Below are positions 26,847 through 29,101 of a stretch of 29,101 nucleotides of DNA, one piece after another. Source of the DNA: a bacterium (GTDB lineage: Bacteria; UBA8248); the NCBI GenBank assembly GCA_965213685.1, contig CBDBZY010000039.1, positions 1 to 29,101 on the forward strand, written 5' to 3'. The position numbers and the translations under genes were made by a program. Under the pieces are notes generated by a model. That model was given only the letters and a program-made list of their open reading frames with translations. It was not told where the DNA came from and did no database searches. The first letter of the stretch is position 1. The number at the start of each line of letters is the position of its first letter.

Positions 26847-27740
26847 ATGACGCCAATCACCGAAGTGGACGGATACGTTTTCTATCCCGAGAGCAGAGGG
26901 CGGATTGACGCGATGCGTCCGGCGGACCCTGCGCGGACGCCCTGGACGCCTCTGCCCCGGCCGCTTTCGGAGTGCAGGGTCACCCTCGTCTCCACGGCGG
27001 GCATATTCGTGAAGGGCGACCTCCCCTTCGACTACGCGCGCGAATGGCGCGAGCCGCATTGGGGGGACCCCACGCACCGCGAGATTCCCAGGGCGGCCGG
27101 CCAGGATGATTGCGAATATTCCCACTTGCACGTCAACACCGAGTATCTGAAGCGCGACAGGAACGTGGCGTTTCCGGTGGACATTTTTCTGGACTACGAA
27201 CGCGAGGGGAGAATCGGCGCACTGGCCGATACGCTCTACTCGACCATGGGCTACACGCCCAACTTCCATCCCCTGGTGAAGAAAACGGCCCCTCTCATGG
27301 CGGAGAGGATGCGCGCGGAGGGCGTGGATGCGGCGTTCCTGATACCCATCTGACCGCTGTGCATGCGGTCCGTGAGCCTGCTGCAAAGAAAACTCGAGGA
27401 GCTGGGAGTCGCCACCGTGTCGATATGCAACCAGCCGGCCGTCTCCGAGAAGGTCTGCGTGCCGAGGGCGGTGTTCATCCAGTATCCGTTCGGGCGCCTT
27501 CTGGGGGATGTGGGCGACAGGGCGGGCCAGCGCGCGGTTTGCGACGACATGTGCGCACACCTCGAGGCGGCCGAGGCGCCCAACGCCTATCGTCATCTGC
27601 CCCATGAATGGCCGGAGGAGGCGGAGCAGACCCAATGGAAGCCGCTTGTGCCCGCTCCGATGCACGTTTTGCGGAACAGGGGCACGGCGCCCAAAGGGTT
27701 CGGGCACTATCAGGATGACGAGCGGCCCGATTTGGCCTGA
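26847..27740 (+). CDS. PrdB/GrdB-family (D-proline/glycine reductase selenoprotein B-like) protein, 297 aa, with in-frame UGA as putative selenocysteine at codon 169 (27351-27353)
   Basis: ORFs 26847-27353 and 27363-27740 are in the same frame. Read-through gives GVDAAFLIPI-U-PLCMRSVSLLQRKLEELGVATV, matching the PrdB pattern VDAVILT..UxxC.RS...QR..E..GI.T. PWTP, TAG, SH, D.N..FP.D, MG and PRAV motifs lie on both sides of the TGA. Confidence 0.88.
27360..27385 (+). promoter_or_regulatory. Candidate bacterial SECIS hairpin
   Basis: UGCA-U-GCGGUC-CGU-GAGCCUGC-UGCA can fold by eye into a bulged stem with an apical G-U 19-20 nt after the UGA. Confidence 0.5.
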
Positions 27741-27745
27741 ACGGG

Positions 27746-28081
27746 CTAGAACAATCGCCCGCCGATGACGGGGTTCTTGGCGTCCGGGGCGATGAGCACC
27801 ACCTCGCCGCGCGCGTCCGGGACGCCTAGCGTCAGCACCTCCGAGATGAAGGGGCCGATCTGCCGGGGCGGAAAATTCACCACGCCGAGCACGAGCTTTC
27901 CCGCGAGTTCCTCCTTGGTGTACAGGGAGACGAGCTGGGCGGAGGATTTCTTGACGCCCACCTCGTCGCCGAAGTCGATGGTGAGCTTGTAGGCGGGCTT
28001 TCTCGCCTCCGGGAAATCCGCAGCCTCGATGACGCGCCCCAGGCGGATGTCCAGCTTGTCGAAGTCCTTGATCGTCGCCAC
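27746..28081 (-). CDS. csaA: CsaA / Trbp111-type tRNA-binding OB-fold chaperone
   Basis: FPEARKPAYKLTIDFG, KKSSAQL, VVNFPPRQIGPFISEVLTLG; GTG start. Confidence 0.92.
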   Translation of the reverse strand: MATIKDFDKLDIRLGRVIEAADFPEARKPAYKLTIDFGDEVGVKKSSAQLVSLYTKEELAGKLVLGVVNFPPRQIGPFISEVLTLGVPDARGEVVLIAPDAKNPVIGGRLF

Positions 28082-28176
28082 CTCGGTCTTTCTCCTCTCT
28101 CTCCCCGCGCCCCGACGTCGCCTGCAGGTTCGGTGCGGGCGGTTTCATGGGGCGGCGGGACAGGCGCGCGCGCCGG

Positions 28177-29058
28177 TCAGTCTATCGGCTCGCCCTCGGT
28201 TTTTTCCATCTCCAGGATGTCGGCGCGCAACGTTTTCGTGACGCCCCCCGGCGCCGGTATGGGGCGGCCGTCCACCTCCGCCACGGCGTGCACCCGACTG
28301 AACGAGGAGGTGAGAAAGCACTCGTCCGCCGTATAGAGATCATACAGCGTGAGGTCCGTCTCCTGGGCGGGTATCCGGCGGCGCGCGGCGATCTCCAGCA
28401 CCGCCTTTCGGGTGATGCCCTCGAGGGCGCCCTGGACGCGCGGCGTTTTCAGGACGCCGTCCTTCACCAGGAAGACATTCTCGCCGGGGGCCTCCGCCAC
28501 GAAGCCCCGGACGTCGAGGAGTATCGCCTCGTCGAAGCCGGATTCTATCGCCTCGATTCGCGCCATCACGTTGTTCAGATAGTTGAGCGACTTCACGCGC
28601 GCCTCGAACGACTCCGAGGGCACCTTGCGGACGCCCGCCGTCTTGAGGCGCAGCCCCTCCCCGCCGGCCCCGTAGCTCGATCCCGTCTCGGGCGGGGGGG
28701 CAGGCTCGTGCAGGAGCACGGCGAGCGTCGCCTTTCCCGTCACCCTCGGGTCGAGCAGGGGGTAGCCCGCGCCCCTCGATATGACGAGGCGCAGATAGAC
28801 GTCGCGCCCGCCCGACCTGCGCGCGCACTCCTTGACGATCCCGGCGATGCGCCCGCGCGTCTCGGGAAGGGCTATCTGCAGCGCGCGCGCCGAGCGCTCC
28901 ATGCGATCCAGGTGTTCCTGGAACCGGAAGATGCGGCCCCCCGTCACCGTCATGGACTCGAACAGGCCGTCTCCGTAGAGAAACCCGTGGTCGAAGGCGG
29001 ACACCCTGGCCTCGGAGGCGGGCGCGTATTCGCCGTTCACGTAGCAGATCAGGGACAT
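28177..29058 (-). CDS. ilvE: Class IV PLP aminotransferase (branched-chain/D-amino acid aminotransferase, IlvE-like)
   Basis: DHGFLYGDGLFE, VKSLNY (PLP lysine), AEAPGENVF, LEGITR, ADECFLT; GGAGG RBS. Confidence 0.85.
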   Translation of the reverse strand: MSLICYVNGEYAPASEARVSAFDHGFLYGDGLFESMTVTGGRIFRFQEHLDRMERSARALQIALPETRGRIAGIVKECARRSGGRDVYLRLVISRGAGYPLLDPRVTGKATLAVLLHEPAPPPETGSSYGAGGEGLRLKTAGVRKVPSESFEARVKSLNYLNNVMARIEAIESGFDEAILLDVRGFVAEAPGENVFLVKDGVLKTPRVQGALEGITRKAVLEIAARRRIPAQETDLTLYDLYTADECFLTSSFSRVHAVAEVDGRPIPAPGGVTKTLRADILEMEKTEGEPID

Positions 29059-29101
29059 GCGCGTCCTCCGGCCGAAGCGCGCGTCCGCCCACCGATCAAA
29101 T

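Noticed and set aside
775-29092. Numerous long antisense or alternate-frame ORFs in the track (e.g. 1881-3272, 6954-8771, 7421-8935, 15808-17715, 24324-25847)
   Set aside because: They overlap well-supported genes, are Arg/Pro/Gly-rich and have no motifs; these are typical shadow ORFs of high-GC DNA.

Overview
GC-rich bacterial chromosomal window, mostly housekeeping and metabolic genes. In order: (1) a minus-strand catabolic cluster of amidase, a three-gene Fe3+/polyamine-type ABC importer and a sulfatase cut by the window edge; (2) a divergent class II cytochrome c; (3) a minus-strand run htrA/degP - DacZ-type diadenylate cyclase - unannotated 35-aa membrane peptide - SAM methyltransferase - gatA - gatB, with no gatC; (4) two tandem EamA/DMT transporters; (5) a small defence islet with a ~1370-aa single-chain Type IIG-like restriction-modification enzyme and a lower-GC hicAB module; (6) a ricin-type lectin protein; (7) a minus-strand radical SAM - rimO - methyltransferase operon; (8) a DinB/MDMPI-family protein followed by a PrdB-like gene; (9) csaA and an ilvE-like aminotransferase. 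The best-supported hidden feature is the PrdB-like gene: the ORF track splits it at an in-frame TGA that lies in a U-x-x-C motif and is followed by a SECIS-like hairpin, so it is very probably a stand-alone selenoprotein. Five other genes are split by frameshifts that all fall in homopolymer runs, most likely sequencing or assembly indels. No rRNA, tRNA, transposase or CRISPR array was recognised. All family assignments come from motifs recognised by eye; no database search was run.
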